Of a DNA stretch of 51,716 nt, positions 1-9,550 are shown piece after piece. The number at the start of each line of letters is the position of its first letter. The stretch's first letter is position 1. Both the position numbers and the translations under genes were made by a program. The notes under the pieces are model-generated. The model saw only the letters and a program-made list of their open reading frames with translations. It had not been told where the DNA came from and searched no databases. The DNA is from Stellaceae bacterium (GTDB lineage: Bacteria; Pseudomonadota; Alphaproteobacteria; ATCC43930; CGMCC-115725), in the NCBI GenBank assembly GCA_036403035.1, contig DASWRT010000236.1, positions 1 to 51,716 of the forward strand. Direction: 5' to 3'.

Positions 1-91
1 CGAGGCGATGCTGTGGCACCGCCGCTTCGACAACCAGCCCGGCCACCGCTGGCTGCGCGAGACGATCGTTGCCGTGAGCCGGGCGCTTTGA
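1..91 (+). CDS. 3' end of an unidentified CDS (partial at window edge)
   Basis: The frame is open from the window edge (..EAMLWHRRFDNQPGHRWLRETIVAVSRAL) and ends at TGA 89-91. Third codon positions are G/C-rich. No family recognised. Confidence 0.3.
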   Translation, partial: EAMLWHRRFDNQPGHRWLRETIVAVSRAL

Positions 92-520
92 AAGCTCGGC
101 GATCGAGCGTTGCCGAACGTCCGGTCGATGTGCGATGGCCCGATCGAACCGTTTGGAACGCCAGCCCATCGAAGCCGACGGGCGTGAATATAACTAAACG
201 CCGCCGCGATCGCCGACCGTAAATCCACCTTGGTTGCGGGTGTGCTCGTGGGAGCGTGTGTCGAGGCTTGTTGCACGCCCGCCGGCGGGGGCGTGGTGGG
301 GCGAGTTGCACCGCATCGCCGGTCTGCAAAGTCTCGGGCGGGCTGTCGATCACCCGAACCGTGGGCGAGAGGCCGGCCGTTACAGATCAAAAGAACCCCA
401 ATTCATCACTCGCATGCTCTCGTGCAGAGAATGCATTTCAAATAATCAAAAGCCGGCGCATCTCTCCTTCAGCACGCCAGCCAATAGTGGCGGACGTGAC
501 CTTCCCACGGAGATGCCATC

Positions 521-745
521 ATGTCGAAGCAATTCATCCTGAGCGCCTGTACCGCACTCGCGATCCTCGGCGGCGCCGCTGCTCCCGCCTTTGCCCACGC
601 GCACCCGCAGGACCAGCCGCAGGAAACCTATTACAACTGGAACACCGGAAAGTCGGTGAAGCAGCAGGCCGACAAGAACGTCCCCGAACAGGCCGTCACG
701 TTCGACGGCGAAGGATCGGCGGCCGTCGCGCTTGGCAGCCACTGA
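521..745 (+). CDS. small secreted protein, unknown function (74 aa)
   Basis: The ATG is preceded by GGAGA. There is a clear Sec signal peptide, MSKQFILSACTALAILGGAAAPAFA. No family recognised. Confidence 0.5.
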   Translation: MSKQFILSACTALAILGGAAAPAFAHAHPQDQPQETYYNWNTGKSVKQQADKNVPEQAVTFDGEGSAAVALGSH

Positions 746-898
746 TCGGGCCGGCGGTATGAGCAGGAAGCCGCAAGGGAGGGCGCCCCCGCCGCTTCCT
801 CTCACCGCCTCTTCCTCAATCTCACCTCGGCCCCTGTGGCTCGCCAAAACTCATGACTCCACGCGACCGAACAGGGTTTTTCCGACAGAGGATCGATC

Positions 899-1255
899 AT
901 GAAACGGACGACCACGAAAACAACGCCGCGTGCCATGGCCGCGGCAGCCGCCCTCGCCACGATGCTTGCCGTTGCCTCGGGCAGTACGGCCGCGCTTGCG
1001 GCCTCGCCCGGCGTCGGCACCGGAGCCGCCTACGCGGGCTCGGTTCCCGGTGTCACGTCGTTCGGCAGTGCGGCCTATGCGGGTTCCGTACCGGGAATAC
1101 CCGGCACCGTGCAGAGCCGCGCATCCGGACAGTCCAGCCAGGGACTCGGGACTTTCGATGGTGCGCACAGGCCGACTTTCTCGGACACCGTCGGCATGTC
1201 GGCCGGCAGCGGGAATGCTTCAGCCGTATCAGGAGCCATGGCAGGCCGCGAGTGA
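899..1255 (+). CDS. secreted Ala/Gly/Ser-rich protein with an internal AAYAGSVPG repeat (118 aa)
   Basis: The ATG is preceded by GAGGA. The N-terminus is basic and followed by a hydrophobic signal (MKRTTTKTTPRAMAAAAALATMLAVASG). The motif AAYAGSVPG occurs twice in tandem context. Confidence 0.5.
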   Translation: MKRTTTKTTPRAMAAAAALATMLAVASGSTAALAASPGVGTGAAYAGSVPGVTSFGSAAYAGSVPGIPGTVQSRASGQSSQGLGTFDGAHRPTFSDTVGMSAGSGNASAVSGAMAGRE

Positions 1256-1681
1256 CGCCAGCGCCGAAGACGGGCACCGGCGCAGACGGCAGTTTCGGCG
1301 CGTTCAGTGCCGCACGACGGCGCGTGCATTAGCTTCAGCTTGTGAATTGATCTGATACCAATGGTCGATGAGCCTGGTACATCGGCCGTTGGTTAGGAGT
1401 TCTTAGCCCGCGCGGCGCTTGGAGCGTAACCCGCTCGGCATCGGTCAATCCAAGGCCGATGGTATGACAGTACGGGCATTCCCATGCCGGGCCGCGCTTA
1501 ACCCGTCGCGTGCAGCCAGAGGATGTAGGGCTGCATCGCTCGGCAGCATCCGACAACTGGTGTCAGCGAAATGGAACCGCCGGCAGTACCGGGCTGGAGA
1601 ACAACCCGGCCGCAATATTCCAACGATAGCTGAACCGGCAATAGCGGCCGTTCGTCCACATTCGCGTCACGGAGAACAGTT

Positions 1682-1804
1682 ATGAAACGGCGGATTCTCG
1701 CGGCACTTCTGCTTTCCATCAGCGTATCTGCACTGTTGCCGGCATGCACCGGAGGCTTTCAGCATGTTGCCGGCTACAAGCCGAACGGAAGCGGGACTCG
1801 GTAA
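1682..1804 (+). CDS. putative small lipoprotein (40 aa)
   Basis: Below the size cutoff of the ORF track. ATG 1682 is preceded by GGAGA. The peptide MKRRILAALLLSISVSALLPAC has a lipobox-like LLPA-C. Stop is TAA 1802-1804. Confidence 0.4.
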   Translation: MKRRILAALLLSISVSALLPACTGGFQHVAGYKPNGSGTR

Positions 1805-2163
1805 ACTCGCCACGACACGCTCGGGCACCGATCTGCCGCCTTAATGAAAGCCAAGCGGCATCCACTTCACCTTTTCCGCACGCCAGACTTTCATTCGCTC
1901 GGATCGGGCTCTGGCTAGATTTACATCAGGGAAGCGCATTTCGTGATGGAAATGCGCTCACCATCAAGAGCGACGCGTTCGATCTCGACCTGCCGATCGT
2001 GTTTGAGGCGGTATTGACAACGCTGCCTGCACCGGATCGGCAGCACGGAACCATTCGGCAGGCGCATCTCCACGTGAAGACAATGCATTTGCCGCATTGC
2101 GGCGCCAGTGCCAACTTGTCGATCAGCGGACCAATCCCGGCCGCACCCAGAGGAGATAATGTT

Positions 2164-2574
2164 ATGACGATGTCGACAAAGATCCTTGCTGCAATGGTGC
2201 TGGCGAGCATCGCCGCCGCAGCACCCGCGTTCGCCCAGTCGACGGACGTTTCCCAGAAGCCGGAGCGGCTTGAGCCGGAACTGTGGGCGGGAACATCTCT
2301 CGGGCCGCCGTCAGCGTCGCTAACCGACAACCCCACGCGGTTTGGCGACTATAGCTACAAGCGTGCCGATCGCGACGCCGGCAACCTCGTCGAGAAGACG
2401 TGGACGAGCCGGCACCCCGAAGCAAGCAATCCGGCGACGGCGGCCGACGTGCGCGATCCCAACCACGTGGTCCGCGTGCCCGGCCCGCTGCCGGCCGACC
2501 GCAACGCGGCGTACTATGGCAGCCTCTCGGCGTTCTTCGCGGGGACACCGAGCAAGCCGGCGCAGCGGTCGTAA
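2164..2574 (+). CDS. secreted protein, unknown function (136 aa)
   Basis: This is an internal ATG of ORF 1744..2574, preceded by AGAGGAG. Signal peptide MTMSTKILAAMVLASIAAAAPAFA-QS. The upstream part of the long ORF looks non-coding. Confidence 0.55.
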   Translation: MTMSTKILAAMVLASIAAAAPAFAQSTDVSQKPERLEPELWAGTSLGPPSASLTDNPTRFGDYSYKRADRDAGNLVEKTWTSRHPEASNPATAADVRDPNHVVRVPGPLPADRNAAYYGSLSAFFAGTPSKPAQRS

Positions 2575-2739
2575 CCGCTTGGGCCGCGGGTGCCGGCGCC
2601 TCGGAGCATCGTTGGCCGCGCCATGAGAACGCAACGGCGCCTGAACGGGTGGGCGAGCGGCGGCCCACGATCCCGGAGGAGCGCCGTCCGTTCGCCTCGT
2701 CCGGCGCCGTCGGGCGCCGGGAGTTAGGAAGTCCTGCCT

Positions 2740-3546
2740 ATGCTCAGTTGGACACATGCCACGACGCCGATCATCGCCGCGTTCCTGGGCTCGCTGGTGG
2801 AGTTCGTCGAAGCCCTGACCATTGTTCTCGCCGTCGGCACGGTCCGGGGCTGGCGACCCGCCCTGCTTGGCACCAGCGCCGGAACCGTGCTGCTGGCGGT
2901 GCTCGTGGTCGCCCTCGGCCCCGGCTTGCAGGCCGTGCCGCTCAACGCGCTTCAACTCGTGGTCGGCCTGCTGCTCCTGCTGTTCGGCCTGCGCTGGCTG
3001 CGCAAAGCCGTGCTTCGGGCCGGCGGCGTCATCGCGCTGCATGACGAGGACGAGGCTTTTGCCAGGGAAACCGCGGCGCTGCGCGACGGCGGCGCTGGCG
3101 GCGCCGGGCGGACGCGCACGTGGGACAAGGTCGCGATCGCAACGACGTTCAAGGCGGTCGTGCTCGAAGGCCTGGAGGTCGTCTTCATCGTCATCGCCGT
3201 GGGAGCGGTCGGGAACATGCTCGTCCCGGCGAGCCTCGGCGCGGTTGCGGCGCTCGTGCTGGTGATCCTCTTGGGCGTCGCGCTCCACAGACCGCTGGCG
3301 CTCGTGCCGGAGAACACGCTGAAGTTCGCCGTGGGCGTCATGATTTCGTCGTTCGGCGTGTTCTGGGTCGGCGAAGGCTTGGGATTCGCATGGCCTAAGG
3401 ACGATCTGTCGATCCTCGGCCTCGTCGCTGCGTTCCTCTTGACGTCCCTGCTCTCGATCCGAGTCGTGCGGCGGCAGACGGCGAGCCGAGCCGGGCAAGC
3501 GGCGGCAGCAGCAGCGGCGGCGGCACGAACCGCCCAGGAGGTCTGA
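2740..3546 (+). CDS. polytopic membrane protein with an internal two-fold repeat (COG4280-like, function unknown)
   Basis: The ATG is preceded by AGGAAG. There are several hydrophobic helices. Two related segments, LVEFVEALTIVLAVG and VLEGLEVVFIVIAVG, are separated by a hydrophilic loop. Confidence 0.7.
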   Translation: MLSWTHATTPIIAAFLGSLVEFVEALTIVLAVGTVRGWRPALLGTSAGTVLLAVLVVALGPGLQAVPLNALQLVVGLLLLLFGLRWLRKAVLRAGGVIALHDEDEAFARETAALRDGGAGGAGRTRTWDKVAIATTFKAVVLEGLEVVFIVIAVGAVGNMLVPASLGAVAALVLVILLGVALHRPLALVPENTLKFAVGVMISSFGVFWVGEGLGFAWPKDDLSILGLVAAFLLTSLLSIRVVRRQTASRAGQAAAAAAAAARTAQEV

Positions 3547-3548
3547 AC

Positions 3549-3767
3549 ATGAGATGGCTGTCCGCCACCGCGCGGGAGCTTGTCGGCCTGTTCGTCGATG
3601 ACGGCAGCCTGGCGGTTGCCCTGGTCACTTGGATCGTCGCCGTCGCGCTCGTGCTGCCGCGCGTGCCCCTCGACGGGCGATGGGATGCCCCGATCCTGTT
3701 CGCCGGGTGCATCCTGGTCCTGGTCGAGAACGTCCGGCGAACGGCACGGCGGAAGAAATCGGTCTAG
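3549..3767 (+). CDS. small membrane protein (72 aa), likely partner of the upstream membrane protein
   Basis: The ATG lies 2 nt after the upstream stop and is preceded by GGAGG. Two hydrophobic helices are visible. Confidence 0.55.
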   Translation: MRWLSATARELVGLFVDDGSLAVALVTWIVAVALVLPRVPLDGRWDAPILFAGCILVLVENVRRTARRKKSV

Positions 3768-3769
3768 CT

Positions 3770-5110
3770 CTACGCCTTGTAGTACCGCAGCGCCCGCCGC
3801 TCGGCTTCCTGCGCCGCCTCCTTCGGCGTCCTCTGGCCGGAGGCGGCCTGGGCGAACATGTCGACGACGACCCAGTCGGCGAGCACCGCCGCCGACGCCG
3901 GTCCGAGCGTCCCGGCATAGCCGTGCGGCAGCAGCCGGCCGAGGAGGTCGCGGAACGGCAGCAACTTCGGGTCGGACGTCCAGAACGGCGTCTCGCTATA
4001 CGCTTTCAGCGGATGGCTGATGTAGCCGAGCGACGCCTCCTGCCACGGGACGTACTGGTCCTTCTCCCACATGAAGCGGAGATATTCGCGGGCGGCGTTT
4101 GGGTATTTCGAGTACTTGAAGACGTAGGCCTGCGAGAGCAGGTGCAGTTCGGTCGGGCGGCCGATCGGGCCGACCGGCATCGCCGCATGGTCCATGTCCT
4201 CGGCGAGCGTGCGGTACTCCGGCCGGTCCGACTTCTTGGCGGCGTAGTAGATCGAGATGCCGTTCGAGGTGAGGCCGATCTTGCTTTCGAGAAAGGCGTT
4301 GTTGTTGCTGACGCCGGTCCAGGCATACACGCCCTCGATGAAGGTCGAAGCCAGCTCCTTCATGTATTCCAGCGCCTGGATCGTCTCCGGGCTGTTGATG
4401 ACGACGTTGTTCCCTTCGTCGACCATCTTGCCGCCGAAGCCCCAGAGGATGTTGTGCATCCAGGTCTCGCTGTCGCCGGTGGCGTGACTCAGCGCAAAGC
4501 CGGCGGGGTGGCCGTTCTTCTGCAACGCCTTGCAGAGCTTCAGGTAGTCGTTGAAGTTCGTCGGGAACGCGTCGAACCCGGCCTCGCGCACCCACGATTT
4601 GCGGTAGTTCAGGAGCGCGCCGCTCGCGCCGAGCGGCAGGCCGATCCATTGGTCCTTCCCGTCCTTGCCCTTGCGGCTGCCGTACTGGCGTGCCGCGTCG
4701 TACCAGCCGCCGTATTTGCCGCCGAGATATTCGGCGAGTTCGGTAAGGTCGACGAGCTTGTCGGCGAAGAGATGCGGCTCGTCGAGCCAGCCGATGATGG
4801 CGTCCGGCCCCTGCCCGACCGTCGCGGCGACGGTCGCCTTCGGCTTGATCTGCTCCCAGTCCTCGGTGTCGACCTTGACCTTGATCCCGGTCTGCTGGGT
4901 GAACTTCTCGGTGTTTTGCGTCCAGAGCTGCTCGTCGCCCTGGACGAAGCGTTTCCAGCGCAGGATGCGCAGGCTGGCGCCCGGCTCCGGCGCGAAGCTC
5001 TTGTCCGGCACTGCCGCCGCGGCTGCGCCGAGCGGCGTTCCCAGCGTGGATGCGACGACGCCTGCTGCCGCGCCCGCCTTCAACACGTCGCGCCGCGTGA
5101 ACTCGCCCAT
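3770..5110 (-). CDS. ABC transporter substrate-binding protein (sugar-type, family 1), Tat signal
   Basis: The N-terminal twin-arginine motif is MGEFTRRDVLKAGAAAGVVAS. Length and sequence look like a family 1 extracellular solute-binding protein. No cognate permease or ATPase lies adjacent. Confidence 0.9.
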   Translation of the reverse strand: MGEFTRRDVLKAGAAAGVVASTLGTPLGAAAAAVPDKSFAPEPGASLRILRWKRFVQGDEQLWTQNTEKFTQQTGIKVKVDTEDWEQIKPKATVAATVGQGPDAIIGWLDEPHLFADKLVDLTELAEYLGGKYGGWYDAARQYGSRKGKDGKDQWIGLPLGASGALLNYRKSWVREAGFDAFPTNFNDYLKLCKALQKNGHPAGFALSHATGDSETWMHNILWGFGGKMVDEGNNVVINSPETIQALEYMKELASTFIEGVYAWTGVSNNNAFLESKIGLTSNGISIYYAAKKSDRPEYRTLAEDMDHAAMPVGPIGRPTELHLLSQAYVFKYSKYPNAAREYLRFMWEKDQYVPWQEASLGYISHPLKAYSETPFWTSDPKLLPFRDLLGRLLPHGYAGTLGPASAAVLADWVVVDMFAQAASGQRTPKEAAQEAERRALRYYKA

Positions 5111-5188
5111 GCCGTTCCTCCCTCCCGTCTTGTCGTTGTCGCCAGATGCACGTGCGCCTTCTTGCGGGCGCGCCGTGCCGCCAGGATC

Positions 5189-6094
5189 CTACGTCGCGGC
5201 GGCTTGCCGCGGCGGCGCGTCCCCCCGCACGTCGAAGTAGCGCCGCTTCGACGCGCTCTGGTTCTCGTAGATCGATCCCTGGTTGCGCGCCGGCGGCAGC
5301 GGCATCCGGACCGGCACGGGTTCGAGCCGCGGCGTATTCGTGCTGCTCCCGGCGACGAGGCGGGCGTCGAACGTGGCGAAGTCCGGCACGCCGACGAGCG
5401 GCCACGCATCCGCTGCGGCGAACTCGTAGAGCAGCAGCGCACGCGGCTTGTCGGAGACGTTCTGCGCCGACCCGTGCACGAGCCGGACGTGGTGGAAGCT
5501 CATCGACCCCGCGGGTCCGATCACCGGCACCGCCTTCGCGAAATCGAGATCGCGGCATGCGTCGGGGTCCATCGCGCCGCAGAAATAACCGCCGGAATCG
5601 TGGTGGTCGTACACCGGCCCCTTGTGGGTCCCCGGCAGCACCAGCATCGCACCGTTCTCGACGGTGCAGTCGTCGAGCATCACGCCGACCGCGAGCAGGT
5701 CGTCGTTCGTGTGCGGGTAAAAGGCCCAGTCCTGGTGCCACTCGACCGGTGAGCCGTAGCGCGGCGCCTTGATGTTGATCTTCGAGCCGTGCAGCCGCAC
5801 GCCCGACGGCCCGAGCAGGCGCTGGAGGATCGGCGCCATCGCCGGCAGGCGCGCCAGCTCGACGAAGAACGGATCGTGCAGATGCGGCGTCTTGATCCGG
5901 CGGACGCGCGGCGCGTCCGGCCGGTGCGTCGGCTCCAGATCATAGATGTCGGTGTGCCCCGCGAGCCCCCGCGCGCCCTCCAGTATTTCCGCGATCCGCT
6001 GCCGCACCGCGCTCAACGTCGGGCGGTCCATCACGCCCTCGACTAGCACATAGCCGTTCTCGCGGTAGAATTCGATGTCGCGGTCGGACAACAT
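5189..6094 (-). CDS. phytanoyl-CoA dioxygenase (PhyH) family Fe(II)/2OG oxygenase
   Basis: This is an internal ATG (MLSDRDIEFYRENGYVLVEGV) preceded by AAGGAAG. WHQDWAFYP and GSMSFHHVRLVHGS are typical PhyH motifs. The longer ORF 5189..6406 runs through the divergent lacI promoter. Confidence 0.85.
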   Translation of the reverse strand: MLSDRDIEFYRENGYVLVEGVMDRPTLSAVRQRIAEILEGARGLAGHTDIYDLEPTHRPDAPRVRRIKTPHLHDPFFVELARLPAMAPILQRLLGPSGVRLHGSKINIKAPRYGSPVEWHQDWAFYPHTNDDLLAVGVMLDDCTVENGAMLVLPGTHKGPVYDHHDSGGYFCGAMDPDACRDLDFAKAVPVIGPAGSMSFHHVRLVHGSAQNVSDKPRALLLYEFAAADAWPLVGVPDFATFDARLVAGSSTNTPRLEPVPVRMPLPPARNQGSIYENQSASKRRYFDVRGDAPPRQAAAT

Positions 6095-6122
6095 GACAGC
6101 GCTTCCTTCGGCTCTTTGCCTG

Positions 6123-6140
6123 AATGTTAGCGCTAACATT
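6123..6140. promoter_or_regulatory. perfect 18-bp palindrome AATGTTAGCGCTAACATT, LacI-family operator candidate
   Basis: The palindrome is perfect and centred on CG. It lies between the divergent PhyH (start 6094) and LacI (start 6159) genes. The architecture resembles LacI/GalR operators. Confidence 0.5.
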
Positions 6141-6158
6141 GAGGGGCGGTCAACGCGG

Positions 6159-7205
6159 ATGGCGGACAGGGATCGGGATATCGAGAGCGGCGGGACGGCT
6201 CCCATAGCCGCGGATCGCAAGCCGCCGCGTCTCGCGGACGTCGCGGCGCATGCCGGGCTCACCAGCATGACGGTGTCGCGCGCGCTGCGGCAGCCGGACA
6301 AGGTCTCGCCCGCGACGCGCGAGCGGGTGATGCAGGCGATCAGCGAGCTTGGATACATCCCCGACCTCGCCGCGAGCAGCCTCGCCTCGCGCCGCAGCCG
6401 CATCATCGCCGTGGTGGTGCCGACGATCGCGAACTCGGTCTTCGCCGATACCGTGCAGGGCCTGTCGGACGGCGTGGCCGCCGCGGGATATCAGCTCCTG
6501 CTCGGGCAGACCGGCTATTCGGAGACGGCGGAGCACGCGCTCGTCGCGGCGCTGATCGGACGGCGGCCGGATGCCGTCGCGCATATCGGGATCGTGCGCG
6601 ACCCGGCGCTGCGCGACCTGCTGCGGCGGGCCGCCGTGCCAATCGTCGAGACTTGGGACCTGACCGCCGATCCGCTCGACCTGCTCGTCGGCTTCTCGAA
6701 CGAAGCTGCCGGGCGGGCGATCGGGGAATACCTGATCGGGCGCGGCTACCGCCGGATCGCGTTCGTCGGCGGCCGCGACGACCGCGCCGCGGCGCGGCGG
6801 AGCGGCCTGCGGGCCGCGCTCGACGCCGCCGGGCTCGACGCGTCGCGCGAGGCGATCACCGACGAGCCTCTGTCGTACGGCGCCGGCCGCCGCGCCCTTG
6901 CCGCGCTGCTCGACGGCGGCGGCCCGCCGGACGCCGTGTTCTTCGCGACCGACGTGCTCGCGGTCGGCGGGCTGATGGAGTGCCGCCGCCGGAAGCTTTC
7001 GGTGCCGGGGCGGATCGCGATCGCCGGGCTCGGCGACTTGGAGATCGCCGCCGAACTGACGCCCGCGCTCACCACCGTCCGCGTGCCGTCCTACGAGATC
7101 GGCCGGCGCGCCGCCGACATGCTGCTCGCCCGCATCGAAGGCGAGCCGATCGCGTCGCCGATCGTCGATCTCGGCTTCGAGATCGTGCAGCGCGAGAGCG
7201 CGTAG
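6159..7205 (+). CDS. LacI family transcriptional regulator
   Basis: The HTH is RLADVAAHAGLTSMTVSRALR, followed by a periplasmic-binding-protein-like sugar-binding core. The start was chosen at the ATG after the operator palindrome. Confidence 0.85.
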   Translation: MADRDRDIESGGTAPIAADRKPPRLADVAAHAGLTSMTVSRALRQPDKVSPATRERVMQAISELGYIPDLAASSLASRRSRIIAVVVPTIANSVFADTVQGLSDGVAAAGYQLLLGQTGYSETAEHALVAALIGRRPDAVAHIGIVRDPALRDLLRRAAVPIVETWDLTADPLDLLVGFSNEAAGRAIGEYLIGRGYRRIAFVGGRDDRAAARRSGLRAALDAAGLDASREAITDEPLSYGAGRRALAALLDGGGPPDAVFFATDVLAVGGLMECRRRKLSVPGRIAIAGLGDLEIAAELTPALTTVRVPSYEIGRRAADMLLARIEGEPIASPIVDLGFEIVQRESA

Positions 7206-7211
7206 CGCAGC

Positions 7212-9419
7212 TCAGCTCCGGACGTCGGCGTCGAGCCGGAAACACGACCGGAGGGGCAGGTCGGCGACGTTCGGACCGGCGGCGATCTCGAACTCGCCCG
7301 GCTCGGGACCGACGGTCATGTCGCGGCGGATGAAGGCGAAGTCGTCCGGCGTCAACCTGAACGACGCCGTTCCGGTCTCGCCCGGCGCGAGGCGCAGCTT
7401 GGCGAAGCCGCGCAGCTCGCGGACTGGACGCGCGACGCTGGCGACGAGGTCTCTGACGTAGAGCTGCACCGTCTCCTCGCCGTCGCGCGGCCCGGCGTTC
7501 GTCACGTCGACCGCGATATTGATTCCGGCCGCGTCGCCGATCGCCAGACTGTCCGCCGACAGACGCAGCGCGTCGTAGCGGAAGCGCGTGTAGGACAGGC
7601 CGAAGCCGAAGGGGTAGAGCGGCTCGGCCTGCACGTCGAGGTACTTGCTCGAATACCAGTTGTCGCTGGGCGGGCGGCCGGTCGGGCGCTGGTCGTGGTG
7701 GATCGGCACCTGACCCAGCGAGCGCGGGACCGTGACCGGCAGCCGGCCGGACGGGTTCCAGTCGCCGAACAGCACGTCGGCGACGGCGTGTCCAGCCTGC
7801 GATCCGAGAAACCACGTCTGGAGGATCGCCGACGCTCGCGCCTCCAGCCAGGGCAGCGCGAGTAGACGGCCGGAGGTCAGCGCGACGATCACGGGAACAC
7901 CCCGCTCGGCCGCCGCGTCGAGCACCGCCTCGGCGAGCGCCTGCTGCCCGCCCGGCAGGTCGAGCGAGGAGCGGCACGCCGCCTCCCCGCTCATCCACGC
8001 CGACTCGCCGATGCAGAGCACGACGGCGTCGGCCTGCCGCGCGAGAGCGACGGCGGCGGCGATGTCCTCGCCCTCGCCGCCCTCGATCGGACAGCCCGCC
8101 GCGTGCAGGACGCGCGTTCCGCTCGTGGCCAGCGCCGCCTTGACCCCGGCGAGGATCGACACGGCTTTCTCCGGATCGCCCGCGCCGGCCCAGGAGCCCA
8201 GCATTTCGCGCCCGGCGTCGGCCAGCGGCCCGACCACCGCGAGCGTGCGGAGTGCGCTACCGCCGCCGCGCGGCAGCGGCAGCGCCTCGCCTTCGTTGCG
8301 CAGCAGGACGATCGAGCGGCGGGCGGCGTCCCGCGCCGCTTCGGCGAGATCTTCCGCGGGCGCGGCCGACTCGCGGCAGCGGCGGTACGGGTCCTCGAAC
8401 AGGCCGAGGCGCGCCTTCAATTCGAGCACCCGGCGCACCGCCGCGTCGATCCGGGGGAGCGAAACAGTCCCGTCGCGGACGCCGTCGCCGAGATGCGCGA
8501 TGAAGGTCGCGCTCTGCATATCCATGTCGAGGCCGGCAGCGAGCGCCTGCCGCGCCGCGTCGGCATTGTCGGCGGCGATGCCGTGCGCCTTAAGCTCCTC
8601 CACCGCCTCGTAATCGCTGACGAACAGCCCGCCGAAACCCCACTCGCCGCGCACGATGCCGTCGAGCAGCGCCTCGTTCGCGGTCGCCGGGACGCCGGCC
8701 AGATCGTTGAAGGACGGCATGATCGAGGCGACGCCGGCCTCGACTGCCGCCCGGAACGGCGGCAGGTAGATTTCGCGGAGCGTGCGCTCGGAAACATCGG
8801 CGGTTTCGTAGTCCCGGCCGGCGCGCGGCGCACCGTAGGCGCCGATATGCTTCGCGGTCGCCGCCAACGCATCGGGCGCGGCGAGGTCGCCGCCCTGATA
8901 GCCGCGCACCTTGGCCCGCGCGATTCGCGCGCCGAGAAAGGCGGACTCGCCCGGTCCCTCGACGATCCGTCCCCAGCGCGGGTCGCGGCAGACATCGAGC
9001 ATCGGCGCGAAGGTCCAATGCAGCCCCTCCCCCGCCGCTTCGGCGGCGGCGAGGCGCGCGGTGCGCTCCATCAGGTCGAGATCCCAGCTCGCCGCCTCAC
9101 CGAGCGGGACCGGGAAGATCGTGCGGTGGCCGTGGATGACGTCGAAGGCGAAGAGCAGCGGCACGCCGAGCCGCGTCTCCTCGACCGCGAGACGCTGCAT
9201 CTCGCGCGTGAAGTCGCGGCCGTACGCGTTGAACAGGCCGCCGACGCGGCCCTTGCGGATCTCCTCGACATAGTCGCCGCGGACGCTCGGCCCGGTCGTC
9301 GCGAGATCGGCGGTCAGCAGGTTGAGCTGCCCGAGCTTTTCCTCGACCGTCATGCGGGACAGGAGGTCGTCGATGCGGGCGCGGTCGGCGGGCGAGAGGG
9401 GGGCGTCGGCGGCGGTCAT
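7212..9419 (-). CDS. bglX: glycoside hydrolase family 3 beta-glucosidase (no signal peptide)
   Basis: 735 aa. GH3 N- and C-terminal domains are recognisable (EEKLGQL, GFGGLFVSDYEA nucleophile region, fibronectin-like C-terminus). Confidence 0.9.
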   Translation of the reverse strand: MTAADAPLSPADRARIDDLLSRMTVEEKLGQLNLLTADLATTGPSVRGDYVEEIRKGRVGGLFNAYGRDFTREMQRLAVEETRLGVPLLFAFDVIHGHRTIFPVPLGEAASWDLDLMERTARLAAAEAAGEGLHWTFAPMLDVCRDPRWGRIVEGPGESAFLGARIARAKVRGYQGGDLAAPDALAATAKHIGAYGAPRAGRDYETADVSERTLREIYLPPFRAAVEAGVASIMPSFNDLAGVPATANEALLDGIVRGEWGFGGLFVSDYEAVEELKAHGIAADNADAARQALAAGLDMDMQSATFIAHLGDGVRDGTVSLPRIDAAVRRVLELKARLGLFEDPYRRCRESAAPAEDLAEAARDAARRSIVLLRNEGEALPLPRGGGSALRTLAVVGPLADAGREMLGSWAGAGDPEKAVSILAGVKAALATSGTRVLHAAGCPIEGGEGEDIAAAVALARQADAVVLCIGESAWMSGEAACRSSLDLPGGQQALAEAVLDAAAERGVPVIVALTSGRLLALPWLEARASAILQTWFLGSQAGHAVADVLFGDWNPSGRLPVTVPRSLGQVPIHHDQRPTGRPPSDNWYSSKYLDVQAEPLYPFGFGLSYTRFRYDALRLSADSLAIGDAAGINIAVDVTNAGPRDGEETVQLYVRDLVASVARPVRELRGFAKLRLAPGETGTASFRLTPDDFAFIRRDMTVGPEPGEFEIAAGPNVADLPLRSCFRLDADVRS

Positions 9420-9550
9420 GGCGGGCGGGCTCGTCGCGTGTGGCGGAAAGGACGGCGGCGGTCGTTATAGCCAACGCCGCCCGGCGGCGTGCAACCCGCT
9501 GCAAGTAGCGGGCAGTCGCGTTCGTCTCGACTGGCTGCTAAACTAACCAA

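Noticed and set aside
1744-2163. N-terminal 140 codons of ORF 1744..2574
   Set aside because: No SD and an odd composition. The internal ATG at 2164 has a strong SD and begins a canonical signal peptide.
3629-5752. 707-aa plus-strand ORF (with 3996..5741 minus, 581 aa) overlapping the binding-protein and PhyH genes
   Set aside because: The translations are Arg/Ala/Gly/Pro-rich and low-complexity with no recognisable domain. They lie antisense or out of frame to genes with clear family signatures. These are typical high-GC shadow ORFs.
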